From Christensenellaceae bacterium (GTDB lineage: Bacteria > Bacillota > Clostridia > Christensenellales > CAG-138), in contig CAXXPJ010000003.1 in NCBI GenBank assembly GCA_963674775.2, positions 1,054,597-1,078,596 on the forward strand: a stretch of 24,000 nucleotides of DNA. Direction: 5' to 3'. Both the position numbers and the translations under genes were made by a program. Shown one piece after another: positions 15,892-23,810 of this stretch (positions are counted from its first letter, which is position 1; every line of letters starts with the position of its first letter). A model generated the notes under the pieces. The model ran no database searches, was not told the DNA's origin, and saw only the letters and a program-made list of their open reading frames with translations.

Positions 15892-16465
15892 ACAGGCCGT
15901 CGTGTGATATTTCGTGTGATATCGATGTTTTAATTCAGATACCCAAATCACCTAATTCCAACAAAGCTGATATTATGTCGTTATCCCTTTTGTATACCCA
16001 TATACGGAATAAATAACCTGATTCGGACGTCTTGGGGCAGCGTAATCAAGACGATTTAATACCATATTTTTTTAGTTCCTAAAACTAATTTTGAGGCGAT
16101 TTCATAAACGAAATTGAATCCTTATAGCATATGCTTTTCAGACTATAAAAAAATGCAAATTCATCTAATCTTTGTTGATTTCGTATTTTGGGGGTGTGAT
16201 AACGATCTATGTTAATTCAATCTGAACTAATACTCAAGGGGCAAATAACACATCGTCTTCCCTCATCATGGAATTTCTTAATTTATCGATTCTAGTATAA
16301 TATATATCAGCACTGTAGCAACAGTAAGAACTATACACCACATTTTTGCGTTCTTATAATATTGTGCTCATGTCTTTCTGTCGCTAGTATGGATTAGCTA
16401 CACTAAACTGTACAGAAAAGATAAGGTAATGGTATTCTCTTGAAGATGAAAGAGAGGGAAAAACC

Positions 16466-17581
16466 ATGACCGAAAAACGCGCAAGAAGAACGTTCAGCGA
16501 AGAGCAGAAGAAGAAGCTGGTTGAACTGTTCAACCACGGCAAACCCAGAAGCGAAATCATCCGGGAGTATGATCTGACTGCCTCAGCTTTCGACAAATGG
16601 GCGAAGCGGATCAATGCCACAGGCTCCAGCCGCGAGAAAGACAACCGCACCATCGAAGAACAGGAATTGATCCGACTCCGTTAAGAAAATCAGCAGCTGC
16701 GAATGAAGAATGACGTTTTAAAGCAAGCAGCGCTGATATTCGCACGAAAGTAATTGTGATCAAAGCCAATGCCCGTAAATACTCAATATCAGCGCTGTGC
16801 AGATGTGTAGGCATTGCACGGAGCACCTATTACTACGAATGCCACGATCATCGAGATGACAGTTGTTTGGAAGAAGCGGTTCAAACGGCATACGACGAGA
16901 ACCGCCGTGTATATGGTCAGCGAAAGCTGAAGCGCGTGTTATCCCGAAAAAGGCCGGACGGTTTCACGTCGCCGAATCGGACGAATCATGACAAAACGCG
17001 GCCCGGTTTCGGCCTATACTTGCAAGAAATACCGTGTGCATTCATCACAGAGCAACGAGGCCGCTATTCCCAACCTTCTGGCCAGAGATTTCAATAACCA
17101 GGCTCTTGGAGCCTGTGTCGTGAGCGATTTGACCTATGTCCGTGTTGGAACAAGATGGGCGTACGTCTGCATCCTGCTTGAGCTTGGAGCCCGTGAGATC
17201 ATTGGACAAAGCGCAGGTGCAAATAAAAACGCCGAGTTGGTACACAAGGCGTTCTCAACGGTGAAGGGGAATCTCTTTGATATCCAAATGTTTCACACGG
17301 ACCGAGGCAGTGAGTTCGATAATATGCTGATCGACGAATTGCTCTACAGTTTCCAGATCAGCCGCTCGCTGAGCATGAAAGGCTGTCCATACGACAACGC
17401 TGTAGCCGAATCAACCTTCAAAATGATCAAGGCCGAATTCGTTTACTCTCGCCGCTTTGAAACGCTAGAGCAGCTCCAGCTGGAGCTGCTGGATTATGTT
17501 CACTGGTTCAACAACATCCGTTTACACGGAACGCTTGGATATTTGTCACCAGCAGAGTTTAAGAGATCCCGTACCTTATAA
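16466..17581 (+). pseudogene. IS3-family transposase OrfA/OrfAB, disrupted by an in-frame TAA in orfA and a 1-nt insertion in orfB
   Basis: orfA reads MTEKRARRTFSEEQKKKLVELFNHGKPRSEIIREYDL... (HTH), then LIRLR-TAA(16682-16684)-ENQQLRMKNDVLKQAALIFARK, where family members have RKEN. orfB is split between the track ORFs 16756..17097 and 16988..17581. Removing one A from the A5 run at 16947-16951 restores ...KLKRVLSRKGRTVSRRRIGRIMTKRGPVSAYT.... Confidence 0.85.
16717..16723 (+). promoter_or_regulatory. Programmed -1 ribosomal frameshift heptamer (T TTA AAG) of the IS3 element
   Basis: X XXY YYZ heptamer in the orfA zero frame (gtt tta aag). The -1 frame is open from 16714 and runs into the orfB reading frame (FKASSADIRTKVIVIKANARKYSISALCR...). 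Confidence 0.6.
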
Positions 17582-17780
17582 AATCTGTCCGACTGACTGT
17601 TGACAAATCAGTTAAAAACATTGCTTCTAAATCTCATTTCAGGGAGTTAGTGCAAGTTGAAGCATGAACTATTCTTGTTTTGTTTGAATTCTCGTTTTAT
17701 TCTGTGAAAAAACGCATCACACTTTGGGTATGAACCATACATCGTTTTGAGTGAATAAGGAACGCCAAATCTCAAAAAAC

Positions 17781-17798
17781 GCCCTGTTTATGCGGGTT
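17781..17798 (+). repeat. Copy 2 of the perfect 18-nt direct repeat, gccctgtttatgcgggtt
   Basis: Exact match to 15874-15891. Here it sits between an A-tract and a T-tract (aaaaaacGCCCtgtttatgcGGGttttt), giving a weak bidirectional terminator-like hairpin. Confidence 0.9.
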
Positions 17799-18149
17799 TT
17801 TCGGATTGCAAGATGTCCAAAGCCGGATGACTTTTGTGTAAAGTGGCAAGAAATTGGCAAGAACTAAAAATTCACGGAGCAAATTAGGGACGGCAGGGAA
17901 CCGAACTCTAATGTAGTAGTCATAAAATCATGTTTTCATCATTTATTGTCATTTTCAAAGTCATTGTTGTTTTCAATTGCAGTTTGTTTTCCCTGTTGCG
18001 AGTTATTAATGTTTTCATTGTACCATTTGCGCAAATAATGCAAGCCCTTGTCGGTTATCTCTCCATTTCCATTTATGATATAGTGTTGGATAAGCATAAG
18101 ATACTCACCGGGATAAAATCTTTTATAATTGAATTTTTTGTGTTTTAAG

Positions 18150-19180
18150 CCATCACGGATGAAATCCGGATGATGACCGATGCAAAAATCACGGAATGTA
18201 GAAAGCGCGAGGTCAGGATTGTACATCCCGTCCCGCACAAAGCACCGGAACGTCGACAGCGCCTTTCACAAGTTTGCAATACGGAATGCACAGCCCTTCT
18301 TATAATACATCGGCGGATGATTCCACCACCAGACGTCATAGCATCCTACGTCAACGTCCAACGATCATAGCCATATTCCGTCAGCAGCTTCGTCGCCTCT
18401 AGCCCTTCTTCAATATCCTTGCCCTTTTCCGCGAACAATTCATCCGGCAGCGCACCTTTCCGCCAGTCTTTATTAAAGCTTTTCACGCTGTATCGCATCG
18501 CGATGGGAAAGTCTTTTCCGCATTTACATTTAATCTCGTCCAGAATTTCGTACACAAACCGCAGTCGGTTTTCAAGACTGCCGCCGTATTCATCATTGCG
18601 CCGGTTGAAAATCGATATGGCGAACTGGTCGAGCAAATATCCTTCGTGCACAGCGTGAATCTGCACGCCGTCAAAACCCGCTCGCTTTACGTTATATGCG
18701 TCAGTTCCAAAGTGTTCAACGATTTCGCGCATTTCCTCGCGCGTCAGCGGTCGGCAGGTTTTGTCTAGCTAACGATGCGGATTGGCTGAAGGTGCAACAG
18801 ACGGATTCTCACCAAAATTAGTGGGAATGGTCACCCGCCCGAATCCACTGGAGAGCTGCAAAAATATCTTTGCATCATATGCGTGAACCCGCTCCGTCAG
18901 CTCACGGCCTGTGCGCACAAAATGCACCGCGTTCATAATGGAGCAAGGACTGTTGGGCATGGCATGTTCTTCGATGCGGTTGTTCACCAGCGTAACGCCG
19001 GTAAAAATCAGTCCCACCCTACCCTTTGCGCGCTCCGTATAGTAGTCGATTACCCGCTGGTTAAATCCTCCGTCCGCGTCTCCCAAACCCATAGGCCCCA
19101 TCGGTGCCATCGCAAAACGGTTTTATTGTGCACGTTCCAATCCTAGTGGAGCAAAACAGTTCAGAATATTGGTTATTCAT
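18150..19180 (-). pseudogene. Old Yellow Enzyme family NADH:flavin oxidoreductase (enoate/2,4-dienoyl-CoA reductase-like), N-terminal TIM-barrel part only, with multiple frameshifts and a nonsense codon; the 3' end is replaced by AT-rich DNA
   Basis: Reassembled across frames on the minus strand: MNNQYSELFCSTRIGTCTIK | NRFAMAPMGPMGLGDADGGFNQRVIDYYTERAKG...ANPHR * LDKTCRPLTREEMREIVEHFG...FDGVQIHAVHEGYLLDQF...EYGYD | LDVDVGCYDVWWWNHPPMYYKKG...NL | KGAVDVPVLCAGR | MYNPDLAL.... Lesions: an A-run frameshift near 19115, a TAG where W is expected (18769-18771), and at least three further frameshifts between 18350 and 18240. The 3' boundary is approximate. Confidence 0.8.
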
Positions 19181-19271
19181 CCTACTCTTCCATTCTTCGC
19201 GCGTACCGATATATCTCTTTTCCTGTATGTAGTGTTCAAAAAAACCGGGCGGATAGCCGCGCAGTTTGTTC

Positions 19272-19562
19272 TTAATTAGCTAGATCTTCCGAAATGATAT
19301 CGGCATATGCTTTTCTGTTTTTCAGCAGCCAGGCGTTTGCATAGGAGCAGCTTGCCGTTGCTTTCAAGCCTTTTTCTCTCAAATGGCTTGCCACCACCTG
19401 CATCATCTTTCCGGCTGCACCCTGTCCGCGCAAAATAGGATTGACATAAGTGTAATCGATGTCAACCTCACCGTTTTCTTTGTAAACATATGTCGTTTCC
19501 GCCATCAACTCCTTGTTTTCATCTATGCTGAAGACGCGACCGGTCGCAATCCGAAAATCCAT
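19272..19562 (-). CDS. Small GNAT-family N-acetyltransferase (YjdJ-like, ~96 aa)
   Basis: VNPILRGQGAAGKMMQVVASHLREKGLKATASCSYANAWL matches the short GNAT-like acetyltransferase core (an R-G-x-G-x-A/G acetyl-CoA loop). SD AGGAGAA lies upstream of the ATG at 19562. Confidence 0.75.
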   Translation of the reverse strand: MDFRIATGRVFSIDENKELMAETTYVYKENGEVDIDYTYVNPILRGQGAAGKMMQVVASHLREKGLKATASCSYANAWLLKNRKAYADIISEDLAN

Positions 19563-19645
19563 ATGATTCTCCTGATATTCTTATTCATGCAATTCTGTAA
19601 ATTGGGCAACTACGATGTAGCTACTCCGGATAGTTGGACTCGAAA

Positions 19646-20479
19646 TCAATATTCGAAGAAGCCTCTGCCTGTTTTTTTACCGAGTTGATTCCCTCGCACC
19701 ATCTTTTTCAGCAACGGATGCGGCCGATATTTCGGGTCACCAGTTTCATTCTGCAGCACCTCCATAATAGCGAGGCAAACGTCCAGACCTACCAAATCAC
19801 CAAGCTCCAATGGTCCCATTGGATGATTCGCGCCGAGTTTCATCGCAACGTCAATCTCCTTTGCAGACGCTACGCCGTCGGCATAAACACCGATCGCCTC
19901 ATTGATCATGGGTATTAATATTCGGTTGACGACAAAGCCTGCCGATTCTTTGACTCGTACCGGCGTTTTACCGATGGAAGTGGCGATACTCACGATCGTA
20001 TCACTGAGTGAATCTGGTGTGTCCAGGCCTGTGATCACTTCCACGAGCTTCATCACCGGAGCAGGGTTGAAGAAGTGCATGCCGACGATCGGACGGTCGA
20101 GCCCGCGCGACATCTCCGTAATGGAGAGCGATGAAGTGTTTGTTGCAAAGATGCAGTCCTTTTTGCAGATTTCCTGCAATTTGGAAAACACCTTTCGCTT
20201 AATTTCCATCTTCTCCATCGTTGCTTCCAGCACGAGATCGCACACGTCGGTTGCTTCGATCACCCCCGTTTCAATGCGTGAAAGTATGCCATCCATTGCA
20301 GACTGCTCCAGTTTCCCTTTTTGTACCAGCCTCGAAAGGTTCGCTGCAATCTTTTTCCTGCCGTTTTCCGCGAGCTCTGCCGTGATATCGCAAAGGATCA
20401 CATCATATTCCACCTGTGCCGCGAACGTCTGCGCGATACCGGAACCCATGACCCCGGCACCAATTACACCTATCTTCAT
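19646..20479 (-). CDS. hbd: 3-hydroxybutyryl-CoA dehydrogenase
   Basis: 277 aa. MKIGVIGAGVMGSGIAQ (Rossmann), NTSSLSITE, GMHFFNPAPVMKLVE, PMGPLELGDLVGLD. Confidence 0.93.
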   Translation of the reverse strand: MKIGVIGAGVMGSGIAQTFAAQVEYDVILCDITAELAENGRKKIAANLSRLVQKGKLEQSAMDGILSRIETGVIEATDVCDLVLEATMEKMEIKRKVFSKLQEICKKDCIFATNTSSLSITEMSRGLDRPIVGMHFFNPAPVMKLVEVITGLDTPDSLSDTIVSIATSIGKTPVRVKESAGFVVNRILIPMINEAIGVYADGVASAKEIDVAMKLGANHPMGPLELGDLVGLDVCLAIMEVLQNETGDPKYRPHPLLKKMVRGNQLGKKTGRGFFEY

Positions 20480-20492
20480 CGTGCTTTCCTCT

Positions 20493-21266
20493 CTATCGAT
20501 CTTCGAATGGTTCCGGTTTCCGCTTCTCGAGAAACGCCGTCATCGCGTTTCGTTGATCCGCGGTTTCGTAGCAACCCACATAGAGCTGCATCGCCTTGTC
20601 CAGATCGGCGTCTATGTCGGCATCCATACATAGATTGGCCGCTGTCTTCGCTGCGCGAACCGCGATTGGCGCGTTCGTTGCAATGCGGCCTGCCAATTTC
20701 AGCGCTTCTTCCATCAGCGTTTCAAGCGGATAGACCGCGTTGATCAAACCACACGCTTTAGCCTCGTCCGACTTCATCCGCCTTCCGCTGAACAGCAGTT
20801 CCTTGGCCAAACCGATGCCCATGATTCTTACGACGCGTTGCGTACCGCCGAACCCGGGGATAATGCCGAGCGTGACTTCTGGTAATGCGAATACGGCGTT
20901 TTCCGACGCGATTCGCATGTCGCAAGCCATCGCAAGCTCAAACCCACCGCCAAGCGCATATCCGTTAACTGCCGCAATCACCGGTATCGGCAGCGTCTCT
21001 ATCCTGCGAAATAGATCGGATCCTTTTTTTCCGAACTCCTTCGCCTCTGCCTTGTCTTGGCTACACATCGCAGCAATATCCGCACCGGCAACAAAAGATT
21101 TATTACCGGAACCCGTAATGATCAAGCAGCGATCTTTCGGCTCAAGCGCATCGATTGCGGTCGCGAGGTCATCCAGCACCGCTTCGTTGAGTGCGTTCAG
21201 TGCGTCCGGTCGGTCAATCGTAATAATTGCGGTGTTGCCGTTATACTCCAACCTGGTGTATTGCAT
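20493..21266 (-). CDS. crt: Short-chain enoyl-CoA hydratase (crotonase)
   Basis: 257 aa. ITIDRPDALNAL, FVAGADI, AAVNGYALGGGFELAMACDMRIA, LPEVTLGIIPGFGGTQR. Confidence 0.92.
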   Translation of the reverse strand: MQYTRLEYNGNTAIITIDRPDALNALNEAVLDDLATAIDALEPKDRCLIITGSGNKSFVAGADIAAMCSQDKAEAKEFGKKGSDLFRRIETLPIPVIAAVNGYALGGGFELAMACDMRIASENAVFALPEVTLGIIPGFGGTQRVVRIMGIGLAKELLFSGRRMKSDEAKACGLINAVYPLETLMEEALKLAGRIATNAPIAVRAAKTAANLCMDADIDADLDKAMQLYVGCYETADQRNAMTAFLEKRKPEPFEDR

Positions 21267-21281
21267 GCTACTTTTCTCCTC

Positions 21282-22460
21282 CTAGAATCTCTCTACAATG
21301 GTAGAGACGCCCATTCCTCCTCCTACACAAAGCGTTGCAAGTCCATAGCGAGACTCTCTGCGATTCATCTCATGCAGCAACGTCACCAGAATCCGTGTTC
21401 CAGATGCGCCAACGGGATGGCCGAGTGCGATTGCTCCGCCGTTCACATTCACTTTGTCAGGGTCCCAACCGAGCTCAATGCCGACCGCCAGAGACTGCGA
21501 CGCAAACGCCTCGTTCGCTTCGATCAGATCCATGTTTTCAATTGTTAATCCGGCCTGCTCCAGCGCCTTACGGCTGGAATAGACCGGACCGATACCCATA
21601 ATGGAAGGATCAACTCCCGCAGATGCGCCGCAAACCCACTTCGCCATCGGCTTTACGCCAAGGCGCGCCGCCGCTGCCGCGCTCATCACAACGACGGCGG
21701 CCGCCCCGTCATTGATGCCCGAGGCATTGCCCGCGGTTACGGTGCCATCTTTGATAAAAGCCGGCTTTAGATTAGCAAGGCTTTCAATCGAAACACCCGC
21801 GCGCGGATATTCATCCTCGTCAAACGGAACGATATCCTTTTTCACCTTGGTGGGGACGGCTACGATCTCTTCGGCAAATTTATTCTCTTGTTGCGCCGCC
21901 TCGCATTTTTGTTGGCTTGCCGCGGCAAACGCATCCTGCATCTGCCTGGTAATACCATATTGGGAAGCAAGGTTCTCCGCAGTAATTCCCATGTGATAAT
22001 CGTTGAACGCATCCCATAAGGAATCGCGAATCATCGTATCCACGAGCTTACCATCGTTCATACGATAACCGAAGCGCGCGTTGTCCAGCGCATAGATCGC
22101 GCTGGACATGTTCTCCATGCCGCCTGCAACGATCACCTCCGCTTGACCTGATTGAATCATCGCGGCGGCAAGGTTGACACACTTCAACCCCGATCCGCAG
22201 ACATTGTTCAACGTAAGCGCAGGCACATCCTGTGGAAGGCCCGCTTTCAGCGTTGCCTGCCGTGCGACATTCTGTCCCTGCGCAGCCTGGAGCACGCATC
22301 CCATCAACACTTCGTCCACCTGATCGGCCGCGATGCCGGCTCTTGTCAAAGCTTCGCGGATCACGATAGCGCCTAGGTCCGCAACCGGTGTACCGGCGAG
22401 TGCACCGCCCATTTTTCCAATCGGCGTACGTACCGCGCCAGCTAACACAATTTCCTGCAT
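21282..22460 (-). CDS. thlA: Acetyl-CoA C-acetyltransferase (thiolase II)
   Basis: 392 aa. [12 protein letters not shown] (active-site Cys), [35 protein letters not shown]. Confidence 0.94.
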   Translation of the reverse strand: MQEIVLAGAVRTPIGKMGGALAGTPVADLGAIVIREALTRAGIAADQVDEVLMGCVLQAAQGQNVARQATLKAGLPQDVPALTLNNVCGSGLKCVNLAAAMIQSGQAEVIVAGGMENMSSAIYALDNARFGYRMNDGKLVDTMIRDSLWDAFNDYHMGITAENLASQYGITRQMQDAFAAASQQKCEAAQQENKFAEEIVAVPTKVKKDIVPFDEDEYPRAGVSIESLANLKPAFIKDGTVTAGNASGINDGAAAVVVMSAAAAARLGVKPMAKWVCGASAGVDPSIMGIGPVYSSRKALEQAGLTIENMDLIEANEAFASQSLAVGIELGWDPDKVNVNGGAIALGHPVGASGTRILVTLLHEMNRRESRYGLATLCVGGGMGVSTIVERF

Positions 22461-22499
22461 ATCGATTTCCCTTTCATATTCACCGGGCTGTAACTTGCC

Positions 22500-23798
22500 T
22501 TAATACGCACATTGAAACCGCTTCTCAAACTCACTCTTCAAAGCAGATTGAAAATCCGGGTGAGCAATTTGAATCAGATTCCGGGCGCGCTCTCTTAACG
22601 TTCTTCCTTTGAGCGGCGCAATGCCGTATTCCGTTACTATATAATCTACGTCGTTGCGAGAAGTCGTTACCGCTGCGCCCTCGTCAAGCAACGCGACAAT
22701 GCGGGAAACCGCTCCCTTTGCTGCCGTAGATGGCATGGCGATGATCGAGCGGCCGTTTCTACTCTGCGCGGCTCCGCGAATGAAGTCCACCTGTCCGCCG
22801 ACACCGGAAATCTGTTTGTAACCAATCGATTCCGCGGCAACCTGTCCCATCAGATCCACCTGAACACAGGAATTAATCGAGACCATATTGTCGTTTTTTG
22901 CGATGATTGAGGGGTGGTTGACATAATCGACAGGATACATCTCAACATCCGGATTGTGATCGACAAAATCATAAAGTCGTCGTGTACCCATCAGGAATGT
23001 GACGATGAATTTGCCCGGATGCAACGTCTTCTTCGCATTTGTAATTACCCCTTCGCGCACAAGCTCGACAACGCCGTCCGAAAACATTTCCGAATGGATA
23101 CCTAGATCTTTCTTGTCCTTCAGGAATAACAGCACGGCGTCCGGAATAGCGCCGATGCCCAGTTGCAGTGTGTCTCCATCTCTCACCAAGCTGGCGCAGT
23201 GTCTGCCAATCGCCTCTTCCACCTCGCCGATCTTCGGCGGCGGCAGCGTAATCACCGGCATGGATATCGGAATAAACCAGTCGATATCCTCCACCGTTAA
23301 AAACGAATTCCCCATCGTATACGGCATCTGCTCGTTGACCTGTGCAATCACCAGTTTTGCGGCTTTCGCCGCTGCCAAAGTATAGTCCACCGATACGCCG
23401 AGTGAAAACTTTCCCTCCTCGTCCGGCGGGCTGACCGTAATCAGCGCAACGTCAACAGGCAGCGTTGTAGTAAACAGATTTGGAATCTCTGAGAAATAAC
23501 ACGGCGTAAAATCTCCTCGTCCGGAAGCAATTGCATCCCGCGTTGCTCCGCCAACGAAAATCGAGTTGTGGCGAAAATGCTTCTCCATACCTTGCTGTGC
23601 ATACAGCGCTTTTCCCATTGCCACCATATGTACGACTTCCACGTCGTGATACGCTTCGGCATTATCCACCATGGCAGCCAGAAGTTCGGACGGTTCGCCG
23701 CATGCGTGTTCAACAACAACACGGTCACCCGACTTAATCTTTTTTACCGCTTCCTGCAGCGTTGTAATCTGAAATTGATATTTGGATTTCCAATCCAT
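22500..23798 (-). CDS. Acetyl-CoA hydrolase/transferase family CoA-transferase, 4-hydroxybutyrate CoA-transferase (AbfT/Cat2)-like; could act as butyryl-CoA:acetate CoA-transferase
   Basis: 432 aa. MDWKSKY...AVKKIKSGDRV, LQLGIGAIPDAVL, GIHSEMFSDGVV, SGVGGQVDFIRGA, AVTTSRNDVDYIVTEYG, IAHPDF...FEKRF. From memory it is collinear with Clostridium aminobutyricum AbfT. SD AGGAGG lies upstream of the ATG at 23798. Confidence 0.85.
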   Translation of the reverse strand: MDWKSKYQFQITTLQEAVKKIKSGDRVVVEHACGEPSELLAAMVDNAEAYHDVEVVHMVAMGKALYAQQGMEKHFRHNSIFVGGATRDAIASGRGDFTPCYFSEIPNLFTTTLPVDVALITVSPPDEEGKFSLGVSVDYTLAAAKAAKLVIAQVNEQMPYTMGNSFLTVEDIDWFIPISMPVITLPPPKIGEVEEAIGRHCASLVRDGDTLQLGIGAIPDAVLLFLKDKKDLGIHSEMFSDGVVELVREGVITNAKKTLHPGKFIVTFLMGTRRLYDFVDHNPDVEMYPVDYVNHPSIIAKNDNMVSINSCVQVDLMGQVAAESIGYKQISGVGGQVDFIRGAAQSRNGRSIIAMPSTAAKGAVSRIVALLDEGAAVTTSRNDVDYIVTEYGIAPLKGRTLRERARNLIQIAHPDFQSALKSEFEKRFQCAY

Positions 23799-23810
23799 CG
23801 AATTTTCCTC

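Larger units (their letters stand above)
16390..17610 (+). mobile_element. IS3-family insertion sequence (~1.2 kb), inactivated
   Basis: Has the orfA/orfB organisation with a -1 frame offset. Imperfect terminal inverted repeats start TG...CA: left tggattagctacactaa..., right end complement tgatttgtcaacagtca..., with 22 of 37 positions matching by my alignment. DDE residues occur in SDLTYV, HTDRGSEF and DNAVAES. No clean target-site duplication was seen (gta vs gtt), so the ends are approximate. Confidence 0.75.

Noticed and set aside
15715-16016. ORFs 15715..15951 (-) and 15810..16016 (+) just right of the tRNAs
   Set aside because: They have no SD and overlap the tRNA terminator and the repeat-rich non-coding DNA. 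Their translations have no recognisable features.
16278-16343. 21-aa very hydrophobic minus-strand sORF (MWCIVLTVATVLIYIILESIN) in the AT-rich segment, reminiscent of a type I toxin
   Set aside because: There is no convincing SD, no identifiable antisense RNA or promoter pair, and no conservation evidence available. In roughly 30% GC DNA, short hydrophobic ORFs arise easily. It is only worth a look if ribosome profiling or homologs turn up.
17939-18238. 99-aa minus-strand ORF as an intact hypothetical protein
   Set aside because: Its N-terminal third is the out-of-frame tail of the OYE pseudogene and the rest is unrelated AT-rich sequence. It is treated as a chimeric by-product of gene decay.
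19902-21996. Plus-strand ORFs inside hbd/crt/thl (19902..20633, 20321..20743, 20740..21285, 21057..21548, 21601..21996)
   Set aside because: They lie antisense to three unambiguous butyrate-pathway genes, with Ser/Pro/Ala-rich low-complexity translations.
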